Part shown: piece after piece, positions 36,925 to 50,188 of the stretch | Layout: each line of letters begins with the position of its first letter | How positions within the stretch are numbered: the first letter of the stretch is position 1 | Origin: Pristiophorus japonicus | Lineage: Eukaryota | Assembly: GCF_044704955.1 (NCBI RefSeq) | Contig: NC_091987.1 | Coordinates: 68,138,001 to 68,202,000, forward strand | Length of the DNA stretch: 64,000 bases | Reading direction: 5' to 3' | The notes under the pieces: generated by a model | What the model was told of the DNA's origin: nothing | Database searches by the model: none | What the model saw: only the letters and a program-made list of their open reading frames with translations | Position numbers and translations under genes: made by a program

Positions 36925-39230
36925 AAACACCCCTTTGCAGATGCAGCAGGTAATCAGGAAGGCGAATGGAATGTTGGCCTTCATTGCGAGAGGGATGGAG
37001 TACAAAAGCAGGGAGGTCCTGCTGCAACTGTACAGGGTATTGGTGAGGCCGCACCTGGAGTACTGCATGCAGTTTTGATCACCTTACTTAAGGAAGGATA
37101 TACTAGCTTTGGAGGGGGTACAGAGACGATTCACTGGGCTGATTCCGGAGATGAGGGGGTTACCTTATGATGATAGATTGAGTAGACTGGGTCTTTACTC
37201 ATTGGAGTTCAGAAGGATGAGGGGTGATCTTATAGAAACATTTAAAATAATGAAAGGGATAGACAAGATAGAGGCAGAGAGGTTGTTTCCACTGGTCGGG
37301 GAGACGAGAACTAGGGGGCACAGCCTCAAAATACAGGGGAGACAATTTAAAACCGAGTTGAGAAGGAATTTCTTCTCCCAGAGGGTGTGAATCTGTGGAA
37401 TTCTCTGCCCAAGGAAGCAGTTGAGGCTAGCTCATTGAATGTATTCAAGTCACAGATAGATTTTTTAACCAATAAGGGAATTAAGGGTTACGGGGAGTGG
37501 GCGGGTAAGTGGAACTGAGTTCACGGCCAGATCAGCCATGATCTTATTGAATGGCGGAGCAGGCTCGAGGGGCTAGATGGCCTACTCCTGTTCCTAATTC
37601 TTATGTTCTTATGTTCTGCCTCATGGTCTTTTAACACCGCTTGCCCCCGCTCCCTCGCCTGCTCCTTGTACCCAAAGTAGCACCATGATAGCGTGCAGCA
37701 ATGTTATCAGAGCGCTGCTGTGTTGGGGGAAGAGAGACATTGGAGATGCCTCGTGGGATACACTGGACCAGCTCGTGACGTGGAAGGCCCGGCTCTTGAC
37801 TGGCGAGCCTCTTCGTCGGCGCCGCCAGTCACAAGTGGTGTGGGGGTGTGTCTGGGTGTCACACTGGGGAACTCGGGAAAGGCTGCTCATCACACTTTCC
37901 GGGATGGTAGTGTGACTGGTGGAGGCTACCAGCCTCACGTGGACGTTGATGGCCTCGCAGGTTTCGTGGCTCACGCCGAAGATCTGTGACCCTACCTCCG
38001 CAATGGTCGCTTTCAGACTGTCGATGCTCGCGGGACTTCTACCCAGGACTTCAAGGAGCTGACTGGTGAGCCTGATGCTCTCCCTGGATAGTCCTACCAT
38101 GACCAGTTCTGTGTCTGCCTGTGTGTCAGCAGACCGGATTTGCCGACTCGCCCTCGGAGAGATGGCATACGGGATTCAACCCCAGAACTGCGTTGCTGTA
38201 AGCTACTAGTCCCAGGAACCTCCGAAATCTCAGAGTCCGGGAATGTTTCATCATCCTCGGATGAGGCGTTTGCACCTCCTCCGCCCCACCCCCACACAAC
38301 CCTGGAGTCAGGGGAGGGGGCACGGTGACATGAGGAGGATCACATAGCACAGGCTCATTTGAAGGACCGCCGCGACTCCATTATATCTAGTCCAGAGACA
38401 CAACATCACATTGCCCCAACCTTGTTCCACAGACACTACATCACATTGCCCCAACCCAGCCCAGGGAGTGTGCAAGACTTGCCCTCAGGACGCAAGTGGG
38501 GCTCAGCGCCACCAGTGGCAGTTGCCCGACCTGAGATCCCGATGAGGCCTGCCACTCTTCCAGGTCTGTAAGTGGTAGGGTCTGAGGTGGACAGGCGCCT
38601 GTCTGCAGCTGTTCCCGGCGGTTGTAGGACTTTTTTAAAATGGGAATGGTTACCAGAGGGTCCATCTGCTCTTGTGGCACACACTGATAGCCACCAAAGC
38701 ACTTATACCATACTGTCTGAATGTAATAGAGTCCTCTGTTTAATGGCTTTGGAAGTTGCACTTGATTCATCAGGATGACATTGAAGTGTGGAAACATCTT
38801 ACCAGATCTCAGAATGCAATCATCATAATGTGCAAAGATCATTTGTGTCACATAGGGTGCCACACTAAGCCTACCTATGTGCATTTTAGGAGGCAAACCA
38901 GAGTGCTCAGAGACAGCAACTGCATTAGAACGAATAGTGTGTCACATTTATAATTTAAGTAATTAAAGAATAACAATTGTACTCGCTCTAATGATCCTCA
39001 AAAGATCATTAAACTTTTTCCGGTACTGTTGCAGTCCTTATTACTGTATCTGAGGCAGAGACTTCCTCAACTATCTCCCTCCAGATCTTGTTAAAAATCG
39101 CTGGCAGGGGTCTAGATCCACCCCTGCAGTGGAGTTCCTGCCATCTCCACGCCACAGCCCCCACAAGAGCTTTGTTAGCCTCCTGTGTGAATCTTTGTGT
39201 ACGCTGCCTATTGTCGTCCTCCTCCCTCAT
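36925..39230 (-). pseudogene. Harbinger Myb/SANT-like gene (exons ~39230-38987, ~38635-38483, ~38301-36925)
   Basis: RTQRFTQEANKALV...KIWREIVEEVSA...KKFNDL; KKSYNRREQLQTG; last exon interrupted by a CR1; some splice sites mutated. Confidence 0.75.
36937..37617 (+). mobile_element. CR1 LINE 3' fragment inserted in the Harbinger
   Basis: EGVQRRFT...LGLYSLEFRRMRGDLIE; (TTCTTATG)n tail. Confidence 0.92.
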
Positions 39231-39767
39231 GAAACTTGAATAATAAAATGGCTGATTCAGCCCCTGGTGTACTGCGCATGTGCGCACTGGCTGCGCCCTG
39301 CATTAGCGTTTGCGATCGGACAGCAGACCAGAAGCACTGCAAAAAAAAGTTTGCACGTGCGCAGAATGGCTGATTTTTTTTTCAGGTCGGAACTTTCGGC
39401 TCTGGCGCGTGCATTCTGTCGTGCAACACCGGAGTTGTCACTAATGCCCGTCATGAACTTGCATGTGACGAAAGTTGCGTGCTCCAGCGCTAACACTAAC
39501 CCGGCGCTAAAATTTTGATTTCGCCGCGATTAGCGCCCGGAAACGTGCATAAAGGCGAAAATCCAGCTCTAGACTCCCCATAGTTTCACTGCAACTTTAG
39601 TGAATCTGGAAACCTAGTTTTAGCCGACACTGAGTGCGGAGCCACCAAATCTAATCCAGTCTTTCTGCTTGCTCCCCATATATTTTTGCTATTTTTCTCT
39701 CTCTCCAAGCAGTTTTTTTTTTTTGTTCCTGTTTTCTGCAAGATAGTCTTTTATTAGAACTCCAGCA

Positions 39768-40175
39768 ACAGAGATATTTGTTTATATTAATAGCTTGCTG
39801 CGGTGATGAGAATATTTTTACACTGTTCAGGCTCTGCAGGTTTTCTTGGTTTGGAGCTGTGGAATGCAGGATCCTGAAACCGGCAATAAGGAGGTAGCTA
39901 GAGGACTGTTATTTGGTTGTATCACACTTGACTGGAAGCAAATGGCAATGTAGTACAGTACTTTATGTAGAATGCTTGGTGATGTGTGTTTAATACAGTG
40001 TAGACGATGTATCATTACAGTTCTCCCTAAAGTGCACACATATTTGACTAATAATTTGCATATTTTCAGGAACCTGCATTTCACAGCTCCAAACCAAGAA
40101 AACCTGCAGAGCCTGAACAGTATAAAAATATTCTCATCACTGCAGCAAGCTATTAATATAAACAAATATCTGTGT
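39768..40175. repeat. Long inverted repeat, 112-bp arms (39768-39879 / 40064-40175), 184-bp spacer
   Basis: Five mismatches between arms on manual alignment. Confidence 0.92.
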
Positions 40176-40248
40176 GTGATCAGCTACTGCTTACAGTTGC
40201 CATGACTCTCATGGGGTCCCGCTAATGTTCTGCTACCTTGCCAGTACT

Positions 40249-40966
40249 GAAACATAGAAACATAGAAAATAGGTGCAGGAGTAGGCCATTCGGCCCTTCT
40301 AGCCTGCACCGCCATTCAATGAGTTCATGGCTGACCATGCAACTTCAGTACCCCATTCCTGCTTTCTCGCCATACCCCTTGATCCCCCTAGTAGTAAGGA
40401 CTACATCTAACTCCTTTTTGAATATATTTAGTGAATTGGCCTCAACAACTTTCTGTGGTAGAGAATTCCACAGGTTCACCACTCTCTGGGTGAAGAAGTT
40501 TCTCCTCATCTCGGTCCTAAATGGCTTACTCTTTATCCTTAGACTGTGACCCCTGGTTCTGGACTTCCCCAACATTGGGAACATTCTTCCTGCATCTAAC
40601 CTGTCTAAACCCATCAGAATTTTAAACGTTTCTATGAGATCCCCTCTCATTCTTCTGAACTCCAGTGAATACAAGCCCAGTTGATCCAGTCTTTCTTGAT
40701 ATGTCAGTCCTGCCATCCCGGGAATCAGTCTGGTGAACCTTCGCTGCACTCCCTCAATAGCAAGAATGTCCTTCCTCAAGTTAGGACACCAAAACTGTAC
40801 AGAATACTCCAGGTGTGGCCTCACCAAGGCCCTGTACAACTGTAGTAACACCTCTCTGCCCCTGTACTCAAATCCCCTCGTTATGAAGGCCAACATGCCA
40901 TTTGCTTTCTTAACCGCCTGCTGTACCTGCATGCCAACCTTCAATGACTGATGTACCATGACACCC
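40249..40966 (-). mobile_element. CR1 LINE 3' fragment
   Basis: 207-aa minus ORF LYRALVRPHLEYSVQFW...WNSLPQKVVEA; (CATAGAAA)n tail. Confidence 0.93.
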
Positions 40967-43149
40967 ATGTATGTATTTGAATTTATTTTGTGAATTCATG
41001 TACAAAGTGTTATGGTAACTATGTGAAGAAGTCCAACGGGTGAAATACAATCTTGGATAATTCTGATGATCTTAAGCCATTCAAAACTTTTGCAGAATGA
41101 ATGGAAGTTCCAGATTGAGTTACAAATCTGTTACTCCCTCTTTTTTATTTTCGTCTTTTTTGTAGACCTCGTCTTTGAAGTGACTTCTATTTGATTCATA
41201 GGCACCAATTTCTGTTCCTCATGGGGATGGCAGGGCTTGTGCTCAGTTAGATTCTCCTGGTTGATAAACAAAATATTAGTTTTCATCTTTGGAACACCAA
41301 CAAAACTTAAATTGTACAGGAGGCATCACATCGAAATTTCTTAGACCACACAACTGATGCCTTTTTCAGATACCTAATACTGTATCACTCTGTGGCTTAA
41401 AGCAATTCAGAAAGGGTGGGTAGTTGAATTGTTTTAACAGATGGACAACATGCAGTGGGTATAATTGAAATTTGCCATATCAATCCCTCAAAGCCTGAGG
41501 AGTTCTTGTGTCATCCACTCCCACTGGCAGCTCTGTTTGTATTTGCCCTGACATTTTTTATGTTGGTAGCGACACTGGATTTGATTTCTCTGGCATGGTG
41601 GGTTTGCTCACTGGTGGATATATCTTAAATCCATCCAAGAATGAGGGAGAAATCCTGAGAACAGACCTGCCAACCACACCAAATGTGAATATTAGCAAAA
41701 AATACCTCTGCAGACAGAAATGGGGTGTTTGCAGAACTGACTCCAACTTCCTGTCCTGGGCGGGGCAAAGCTTAATCCCTAAGGAGATCATTACCTCATT
41801 AATATTAGGGGGGCCATCACTTTCTAGCTGTGTTTGTAACACAATGACCATTGCATGCAAGGTTGCCGTGATGCACCAATTATCAACGTTTGTCTCTTCT
41901 CTCTCCGATATCTGTGGTTTCCCCTTGCATACTAATTCTCCCTCAGTATTACATAAGAAATTAAAAACAGGGATGTGCTATGGATTGATAGCAAGTTATA
42001 CAACAATAATTTCATAAATATGTCCGTGCACAAAGGATCTAGACCACTTTTATAAATGATGGGGTCAGACATTTTCTGAAGTAGTTGCCCATCCCCTCCC
42101 AAATGCCACCATAGCTATAAGACTTGTATCTCTTTGTTCATTTCTCTTTGTGCAAAACATCTATACAGTTCCACCTGAGTAATCTAATCTTGCACAAGCT
42201 TGGTAACCTGGGAAACTAATTCTTAATTCACAATAAAGTTTGGCATTGAAGACTGTCCACAGTTCATAAATTGTCTTTATTCACAGCTGCTCTTTTGTTC
42301 TTGGGAGGCAAGGCATCGTCCTTCACCTTTTTACCTGTACTATTTAAGCAGTAGGCATTGTCTAAAGTTTTCCTGCCTCCGCCTTGTTTTGTTCCTTGTT
42401 ATTGAAACAATGATGTCTCTTTAAAAAAAAATAGGAGAAGCAGACCACATAGTGACAACATTTCAGGTCAGAAATGTGAGTTTAGGAGATGAAGATTACA
42501 GAATGAGAAGGAAGTGAGGGCGTTTTATTTACAAACTTGACATGATCTGGCCATGTATGCTTTCAATTGAAGACTTCACTCTGGATGTTCTGGGGTAGGT
42601 GACAGAATTGTAGGTGCTCAGATTTTGGTCTGTACTCTGGGTAACACTATATATTGCTGTTAAGCAATTGGATTTCTCGCCAAGGTGTTGACTCATCCAT
42701 TTTTTCTGGACTGTACAATATGGTATGTGGATTTTTAATGAGTCTGGAAAATATCTCCGAAAGTGAAGACATTTTATGGGCAGCAATACTTGTAGAAGTT
42801 GTTTCCATTGAACCTTGCGTCTGTGAACTGTTCAGAGTCCAAAAATGTTTCATTTTTACAAACTAACACAGTATTTGAGCACCCACAATTCCACCACCCT
42901 CCCCAGAGTATCCAGAGTGAAGCCTTCAGTTAAAAGCACACATGGCCAGATCACGTAAAGTTTGTGCTTTTTAAAAATAAAAACCCTCATTTCCTTCCTA
43001 TTCTGTAATCTTCATCTCCTAAACTCTCATTTCTGACCTGAAAACTAAAAATGACTAATAACCCAAGATCTTCAAGCTATCTCCAGTTATTGTCAACACT
43101 GTTCTGCTTCTATTTTTAAGAGATATAATTGTTTCAGCTTTGTCTCTTG

Positions 43150-43885
43150 TCTGTTCTGAAGATTTGCCGTCAAAATAATGGGGAGGCTAATGACGCACGC
43201 CATTATTTACGCGCAAATGCTACAGCATTCAAGTTCAGGCAAAGGCAGATGCGTGGCCAAATGCGGAAATCCAGAAGTTGCTCTCTGAAATGCGCATCTC
43301 CACCGTTAGATTCACGAAAACGCATTTCGCTGTCTGGCTCCTCATTCAAATATATTGAATGGCGTGAAGTTGCTGCATTTGTGCGGTAGATGCCAACTAA
43401 ACTTGCCACGGAAGGTTAAGTCTTGTCCTTCTAATGATGTGATGAGTCTTAATTACTGCCATTCAACACCTCTGGCACTGAAAATGAACTATTACAAGTG
43501 TGGAGTCTCATTCCTTTAGGTTTTAATTGTTGTTGGACATCTTAAACATGTCACATAATTAATTATATTTTTATTTTACTTTTCCTATTTGTCTCTCTTA
43601 ATCCAATCTATCTCTTCCCCCCCCCCTTATCTTTCACTTTCTGTACCTGATTTGACATTGAATTCACCCATTCTAATTTACACATCCTTCTCAGTCCTTG
43701 TGGTAATTTCACAAGCCTTCAATCTGGTTAAGGAGAGGCACGGTTGTTTGCCCTGTTTACTCGGGTCCCAGATGCCCGATTTTCCTCACCGCGTCATTAG
43801 CTCGTACTTCCAGAAACTTGCGGTCCAAAATACAATTGCGATTAAACGGGCAAGGCTAATTAACGGCAGACACTGTTAGGGGCCC
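43150..43885. mobile_element. Probable non-autonomous DNA transposon
   Basis: CpG-rich termini with partial inverted similarity (tgccgtcaa / ttaacggca); ends uncertain. Confidence 0.4.
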
Positions 43886-44248
43886 TCTCGCAGCAAATGA
43901 CAGCCAATTGAATACTGTTACTGGTGCCACGTAGCTCAAATGGCCATTTTTCATGTGTAAGCCTAGATAATGCTCAAAGGATAAAGTACACATGCGTGCA
44001 CCGTGTGAATGAGTATTGAGATCACGCGCAGAACCAAAGTGCATGTTGCAACTTTTTTTTAAACTTACTAATCAAAAATACAATGGGTCACATCTGGATT
44101 TCCAGTTAGCCACATGTGGCTAATGTATTGGACAACACTGACTTATTGCATCCACTTCTATCTTGAATTGTGCCTGGAGAAACCGATGGCTCAAAATTAA
44201 AAATGTTAGCCCTGATGGGAAGTGATACTTTGCGAAATTAACTATATT

Positions 44249-45132
44249 GAGCTCCATTTTCCCCAATGCCGTTTGTTGGCGTATTTGAAGAGTTACGCCC
44301 GTTTTTTGCAGGGAGGGCCCGACTACGCCAAAAAAAATGGATAATTTCCTTGTTTTAATTTGTGAATGTGGCCCGGCGTATATTGTCCTTGAGCTCTGTG
44401 GGTGGAGCCTAAGATGTGCGCCAAAAAGATCGGGTGGAGGCTGGAAAGTGAAACATACATGACATTCTGGCCAGCTCACAGCAACCTGCACAAGCACCTT
44501 CCACGTTGCAGCTTACCAACATGAAAATATTAGAGTCTTTGTGCCAAAAGTCTATCCTGTAAACTGAATTGGAAAGGCCCCCTCCTGGTGCCGCTCCTAG
44601 CCCAGGCCGAAAGGCTTCCCTCCCCTCCCGGAGCCAGTGCCGCACCTAGCTCGGGCCGAAAGGGTGGACAGAGCAGACCAAAAGCCCCAGATTCAGGTGA
44701 ATGAGAGATTAAAATCAAAAAGGAGATTGTTACAGTAATGGAGTTGTACTCCAGAACCCGTAAATAAGAGATTATAATTACCCACTCTCTCTGCCGCTGC
44801 TGTCCCGGCCGTGGACCTGGATCTTCTACGTTGATTCTCTTACCTGCGCTGATTTTGTTAACTGCCCTGAAGGTTTTTCAGAGCGGACACATATGCTGTC
44901 TTAAGAAAAATTGTAGTTGGCCAAACTTGCATAAATAGCCAGAATTGGCACGGGTGGCAGGTTACGCCACCAATGAGGTTTTTTAAAAAAAAATCGTAGC
45001 CTAAAAAAAATCTAACCTAAGTGAATTACACTAGCGCAGAAACTTTGGGGAAACTTGGAGATTTTAATTTCCTCCCAAAAAAAACGGTGCACGCTAAGAA
45101 GATGGCGCAGATAATTGGGGAAAATTGAGCCC
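44249..45132. mobile_element. Harbinger-type MITE (TIR GGGCTCAATTTTCCCC family)
   Basis: GAGCTCCATTTTCCCC...GGGGAAAATTGAGCCC; perfect 3-bp TSD ATT. Confidence 0.88.
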
Positions 45133-45428
45133 ATTGTGGTAATAGCAACTGCAGTGCCAGTAAATGCCTTTTAAAATAAACCTCGTGTGCTGCTTAACAA
45201 CTATCTTGCCAGTCACCAGATGAGCCACAGATTGACTAAAGCAGTTAGATTTCAATCAATTGAAACCATATCCTAGTGAAGTATAGTTAGCTATGTTTAT
45301 GCTTGTTTGCAAGTATTTATAGACATTATGTTGGCAAGGATGTGGGGAGTTCTCCTCTTGCTCAATATTCTACATCTCAGTTGAAGGATGTTCATTCTTG
45401 TTTTTTTTTCCTCTTCTGTTTCTTGCAG

Positions 45429-45794
45429 GACTGAGTTCAGGACGTATTGTGAAAGTCCCAGCAGGTCCTCTGTACCGTGTGTTAGGAACACCAGTCAACA
45501 TTCCCTGTAACGTCAGTGACTATCAAGGGCCACCTGAACAAAACTTCGATTGGTATCTGTATCATCCGAGCCAGCAGTTAAAGATCATCAGCACACTGGA
45601 ACCTGAATTTTCAGATGCTGAATACAAGGAGAAAATCCGGAAAAAGGAGATTTGGGTGAAAAGACTCAGTGACAGTTCTGTTGAGCTGCACTTCAAGGGT
45701 GCCCAACTTGAGGATGACGGGACATATCAATGCCAGACACCTAGCACAGATGAAAATAGTTCTGGAAATTATGAAGCCAGTGTGATTTTGAAGG
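45429..45794 (+). CDS. PTGFRN: PTGFRN exon 2, Ig V domain 1
   Basis: Polypyrimidine tract plus ttgcag acceptor; GLSSGRIVKVPAGPLYRV...IPCNVSDYQGPPEQNFDW...DDGTYQCQTPSTD; donor G|GTAAAT; 366 nt. Confidence 0.93.
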
Positions 45795-46169
45795 GTAAAT
45801 TTTGCAAAGGATGCATTAAATGCTGTTAAATGTAATTCATTTTAAGTGGATACTTGTGATGCATGACATCAAATTGATAATCCTACTTGTATCTATTTTC
45901 ATTATACTATATACTATATACTTTTTTCCAATTTTCTCACTCCACCCCTAAAGTTGCTCACTGATAACTGGGGTATAGCTTCTGTGGGAGATGACAGCTT
46001 ACTGGTATCTCGCCCAAGTGGCTATCTTTAATGTGGAAGTCTGGGTAAGCAATAGTAGGCTGTTCAGCTGCGGGGGCATCACAGCTGAGCCTTCCTGCAG
46101 ACTTTACTTGTCTTGCACGTGCATCCATCCTTTCCAATGCCAGTCCCTGGCCAGTGATCAGGAAAAGGA

Positions 46170-48218
46170 GTAAAAATAAAACGGGGAAGGTGGCTCAACC
46201 GTGGCTAACAAGGGAAATTAGAGAGAGTGTTAAAATCCAAGGAAGAGGCATATAAATTGGCCAGAAAAAGCAGCAAACCTGAGGACTAGGAGAAATTTCG
46301 AATTCAGTCGTGGAGGACAAAGGGTTTTATTAGGAGGGCGAAAATAGAGTATGAGAGGAAGCTTGCTGGGAACATAAAAACTGACTGCAAAAGCTTCTAT
46401 AGATATGTGAAGAGAAAAAGATTAGTGAAGACAAACATAGGACCCTTACAGTCAGAATCAGGTGAATTTATAATGGGGAACAAAGAAATGGCAGACCAAT
46501 TAAACAAATACTTTAGTTCTGTCTTCACGAAGGAAGACACAAATAACCTTCCGGAAATACTAGGGGACAGAGGGTCTAGCGAGAAGACGGAACTGAAGGA
46601 AATCCTTATTAGTCAGGAAATTGTGTTAGGGACATTTATGGGATTGAAGGCCGATAAATCCCCAGGGCCTGATAGTCTGCATCCCAGAGTACTTAAGAAA
46701 GTGGTCCTACAAATAGTGGATGCATTGGTGATCATTTTCCAACAGTCTATCGACTCTGGATCAGTTCCTATGGATTGGAGGGTAGCTAATGTAACACTAC
46801 TTTTTAAAAAAGGAAGGAGAGAGAAAACGGGGAATTATAGATCGGTTAGCCTGACATCAGTAGTGGGGAAAATGTTGGAATCAATTATTAAAGATGAAAT
46901 AGCAGCGCATTTGGAAAGCAGTGACAGGATCTCCAAGTCAGCATGGATTTATGAAAGGGAAATCATGCTTGACAAATCTTCTACAATTTTTTGAAGATGT
47001 AACTAGTAGAATGGACAAGGGAGAACCAGTGGATGTGGTGTATTTGGGCTTTCAAAAGGCATTAGACAAGGTCCCACACAAGAGATTGTTGTGCAAAATT
47101 AAAGCACATGGTATTGGGGGTAATGTATTGATGTGGATAGAGAACTGGTTAGCAGAGAGTCCGGATAAATGGGTCCTTTTCAGAATGGCAGGTAGTGACT
47201 AGTGGGGTGCCGCAGGGCTCCGTGCTTGGACCCCAGCTATTTACAATATACATTAATGATTTAGATGAAGGAATTGAGTGTAATATCTCCCAAGTTTGCA
47301 GATAACACCAAGCTGGGTGGCGGTGTGAGATGTGAGGAGGATGCCAAGAGGCTGCAGGGTGACTTGGACAGGTAAGGTGAGTGGGCAAATGCATAGCAGA
47401 TGCAGTATAATGTGGATAAATGTAAGATTATCCACTTTTGTGGCAAAAACAGGAAGGCAGAATATTATCTGAATGGCGACAGATTAGGAGAAGGCGAGGT
47501 GCAGTGAGACCAGGGTGCCATGGTACATCAGACATTGAAAGTTGGCATGCAGGTACAGCAGGCGGTGAAGAAGGCAAATGGCATGTTGGCCTTCATAGCT
47601 AGGGGATTTGCGTAGAGGAGCAGGGAGGTCTTAATGCAGTTGTACAGGGCCTTGGTGAGGCCTCGCCTGGAATATTGTGTTCAGTTTTGGTCTCCTAATC
47701 TGAGGAAGGACGTTCTTGGTATTGAGGGAGTGCAGCGAAGGTTCACCAGACTGATTCCCGGGATGGCAGGACTGACATATGAGGAGAGACTAGATCGACT
47801 GGGCCTGTATTCACTGGAGTTTAGAAGAGTGAGAGAGGATCTCATAGAAACATATAAAATTCTGACGGGACTGGACAGGTTAGATGCAGGAAGAATGTTC
47901 CCGATGTTGGGGAAGTCCAGAACCAGGGGTCACAGTCCAAGGATAAGGGGTAAGCCATTTAGGACCGAGATGAGGAGAAACTTCTTCACTCAGTTGTTAA
48001 CCTGTGGAATTCTCTACCGCAGAGAGTTGTTGATGCCAGTTCGTTAGATATATTCAAGAGGGAGTTAGATATGGCTCTTACGGCTAAAGGGATCAAGGGA
48101 TTATGGAGAGAAAGCAGGAAAGGGGTACTGAGGGAATGATCAGCCATGATATTGAATAGTGGTGCAGGCTCGAAGGGCCAAATGGCCTAGTACTGCACCT
48201 ATTTTCTATATTTCTATG
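46170..48218 (+). mobile_element. CR1 LINE, ~2 kb 5'-truncated
   Basis: [46 protein letters not shown]; tail tttctatatttctatg. Confidence 0.94.
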
Positions 48219-48889
48219 GAACACTGGGGTCTTATTTTTCTCTTCCCCAGCCAGAGGTACTGTTGTCAATTCTAGTCTCTACTACTGCCCTGGCTGGATC
48301 AGTTAAATTAGCAAGGTCCAGAAATTGAACTTCGTATCTTCCTGCTCTATTTTCATCCATTAAAATATTGAATTTAGTTCATCCAAGCATAGTTTTAATG
48401 TTACTCTTCTGATGTTTTTTTTTGTATTTTAGTTCGACTTGGGAACTCTGACCATTACCTACGCTAGTGTCACATGCTTTCACCCTGTCTCTGGGTTAAA
48501 AGGTTGTGACCAGCACCACATCAAGCACATCATGCCTTTCAGTGTGCCACTTGCTACTTATGAACTGAGGTTAGACTCCAATTGTCAACATAATTGTCCA
48601 AAATAAATAAATAACAATCTAGCTTTTGTGCAGAGACCAGATTCTCACTGCATCCCCATTTGGATATATATTGTCCTTCCTCCTTCAGTGCTGGGTCAGA
48701 ATCCTGGAATTCCTTATCTAACACTTTTATGGGGGCAGCATCACCACAAGGACTACAGCAGCTTAAGGAGAAGGCCCTCTACCATAATCCTCGGGCAACT
48801 GGATATGAGAATAAATTCTGCCGTGTCCATGTCGCTCATCCAACCACAACCCCCACCATCATTCTTCTATTTCCTAACTCTGTTTACCC

Positions 48890-49430
48890 TTATGCCTAAA
48901 TCCTTACCTACTTGAGACCTAGCTTCTTCTTGGGTCCCCTCATCACATAGGGAGTCGCTATCTTGAGACGCATCACTCCTGGTAACCCACTCGTGTTGGG
49001 CAATTGGCTTTATTGGCCTAATTGTTAGTTGGAGAACCGATCAAATAGTCCCAGTTAAGTGTTGGAAAACCTGAGCTATGGTGCTGTTAAGGTTGTCTTG
49101 CAAGGAATCAATAGAAGGAATTCATGACTGTCTGTTGGTCCTCCTCCAGTAGTCTTGTAGCTGCTGATCTCTCTTGGGCAGCCACAAGCTCCTCCCTTGT
49201 GTCGTGGATTGTGGACTTCTCCAACTTATCCAGTATCTGAAGCATATTCATGGAAACAATTTCCACTGCTTGCATGAGTTCAGTGCTCTTTTTATAATTT
49301 TTCATATGAATATTCAGCACCTGAGATTCAGGTCCCTCGGTTCCTCAGCAGAGGGCTGTTGTTTCTCTACCCTCTGATCAGATGCAGCCGTCTCCGGCTT
49401 ATGCCTCCTGCTCACTGGTGCTCTGTGCAC
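48890..49430 (-). mobile_element. Possible remnant of a third Harbinger Myb-gene C-terminal exon
   Basis: Helical minus ORF (STELMQAVEIVSMNMLQILDKLEKS) resembling those of the other two elements; weak. Confidence 0.3.
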
Positions 49431-49659
49431 CACCCTGTGATATTCATATTTCCTTCATAATTGCTTGGTGAAAATCCTGGAACTCCCTCCCTAACAGCAC
49501 AGTGGAAGTACCTTCGCCTCACGGCCTACAGCGGTTCAAGAAGGCTGGATAGCTCTTTGTTGGCCGGCACAGACACGATGGGCCAAAATTGCCTCCTTCC
49601 ATGCTGTAAATTTCTTTGATTCTATGATTATACAGATTATTGGTTCGGCCTCAAGTTAG

Positions 49660-49980
49660 AATATTCTATCCAGTTTTGGGGAAAGATGTCACAGCCGAGA
49701 CGGTGCAGAGCGATTCACCAAGATGATACAAGCTGTCAGAAGTTTTAGCTACAAAGAGAGACTAGAGAAACTGAGGTTCTTTTCTTTAGGTCAAGAAGCG
49801 ATCTGACAAATAACATTTTGGGTGGGGTGGGATTGATGAGATAAATAGGGAAAACCTATTTCTACTGGGTAGTGAATTGAGAACGAGAAGGCATAAGTTT
49901 AAGAGTGTTGCCAAAAAAAACCCCCAGGAGTGGCTAGAATTTTTCTAGTGTATTAAGTTGATAGGGCATGGAATGTCTTA
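49660..49980 (+). mobile_element. Old CR1 fragment
   Basis: cagttttgg...ggtgcagagcgattcaccaagatgatac motifs. Confidence 0.6.
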
Positions 49981-50188
49981 TTAGTTTTACATTGAGAAAC
50001 ACTGGTTTTACGTTTACATAGAAATAAAATTTGAACTGAAACTTATGTCGCAGCAGTTCAAGGGTATGAAACAGAAGGTATTACCGAGAGACTGCCAGTA
50101 AAAGTGCTGATTCTATTTTTATAACTATTCCTCTAAGCTTTCTAGTGTTCTGGTTTTGTTAGTAATCCTGATGCATTCTTTCAAACAG

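Larger units (their letters stand above)
35132..39569 (+). mobile_element. Full-span decayed PIF/Harbinger DNA transposon
   Basis: TIRs GGGCTGTATTTTC / GAAAATCCAGCTC (11/13); CpG-rich subterminal regions; convergent transposase and Myb genes; flanks TTA/TAG. Confidence 0.88.

Noticed and set aside
41508-42017. 169-aa ORF
   Set aside because: Non-ATG start, no recognisable domain, no convincing splice context.
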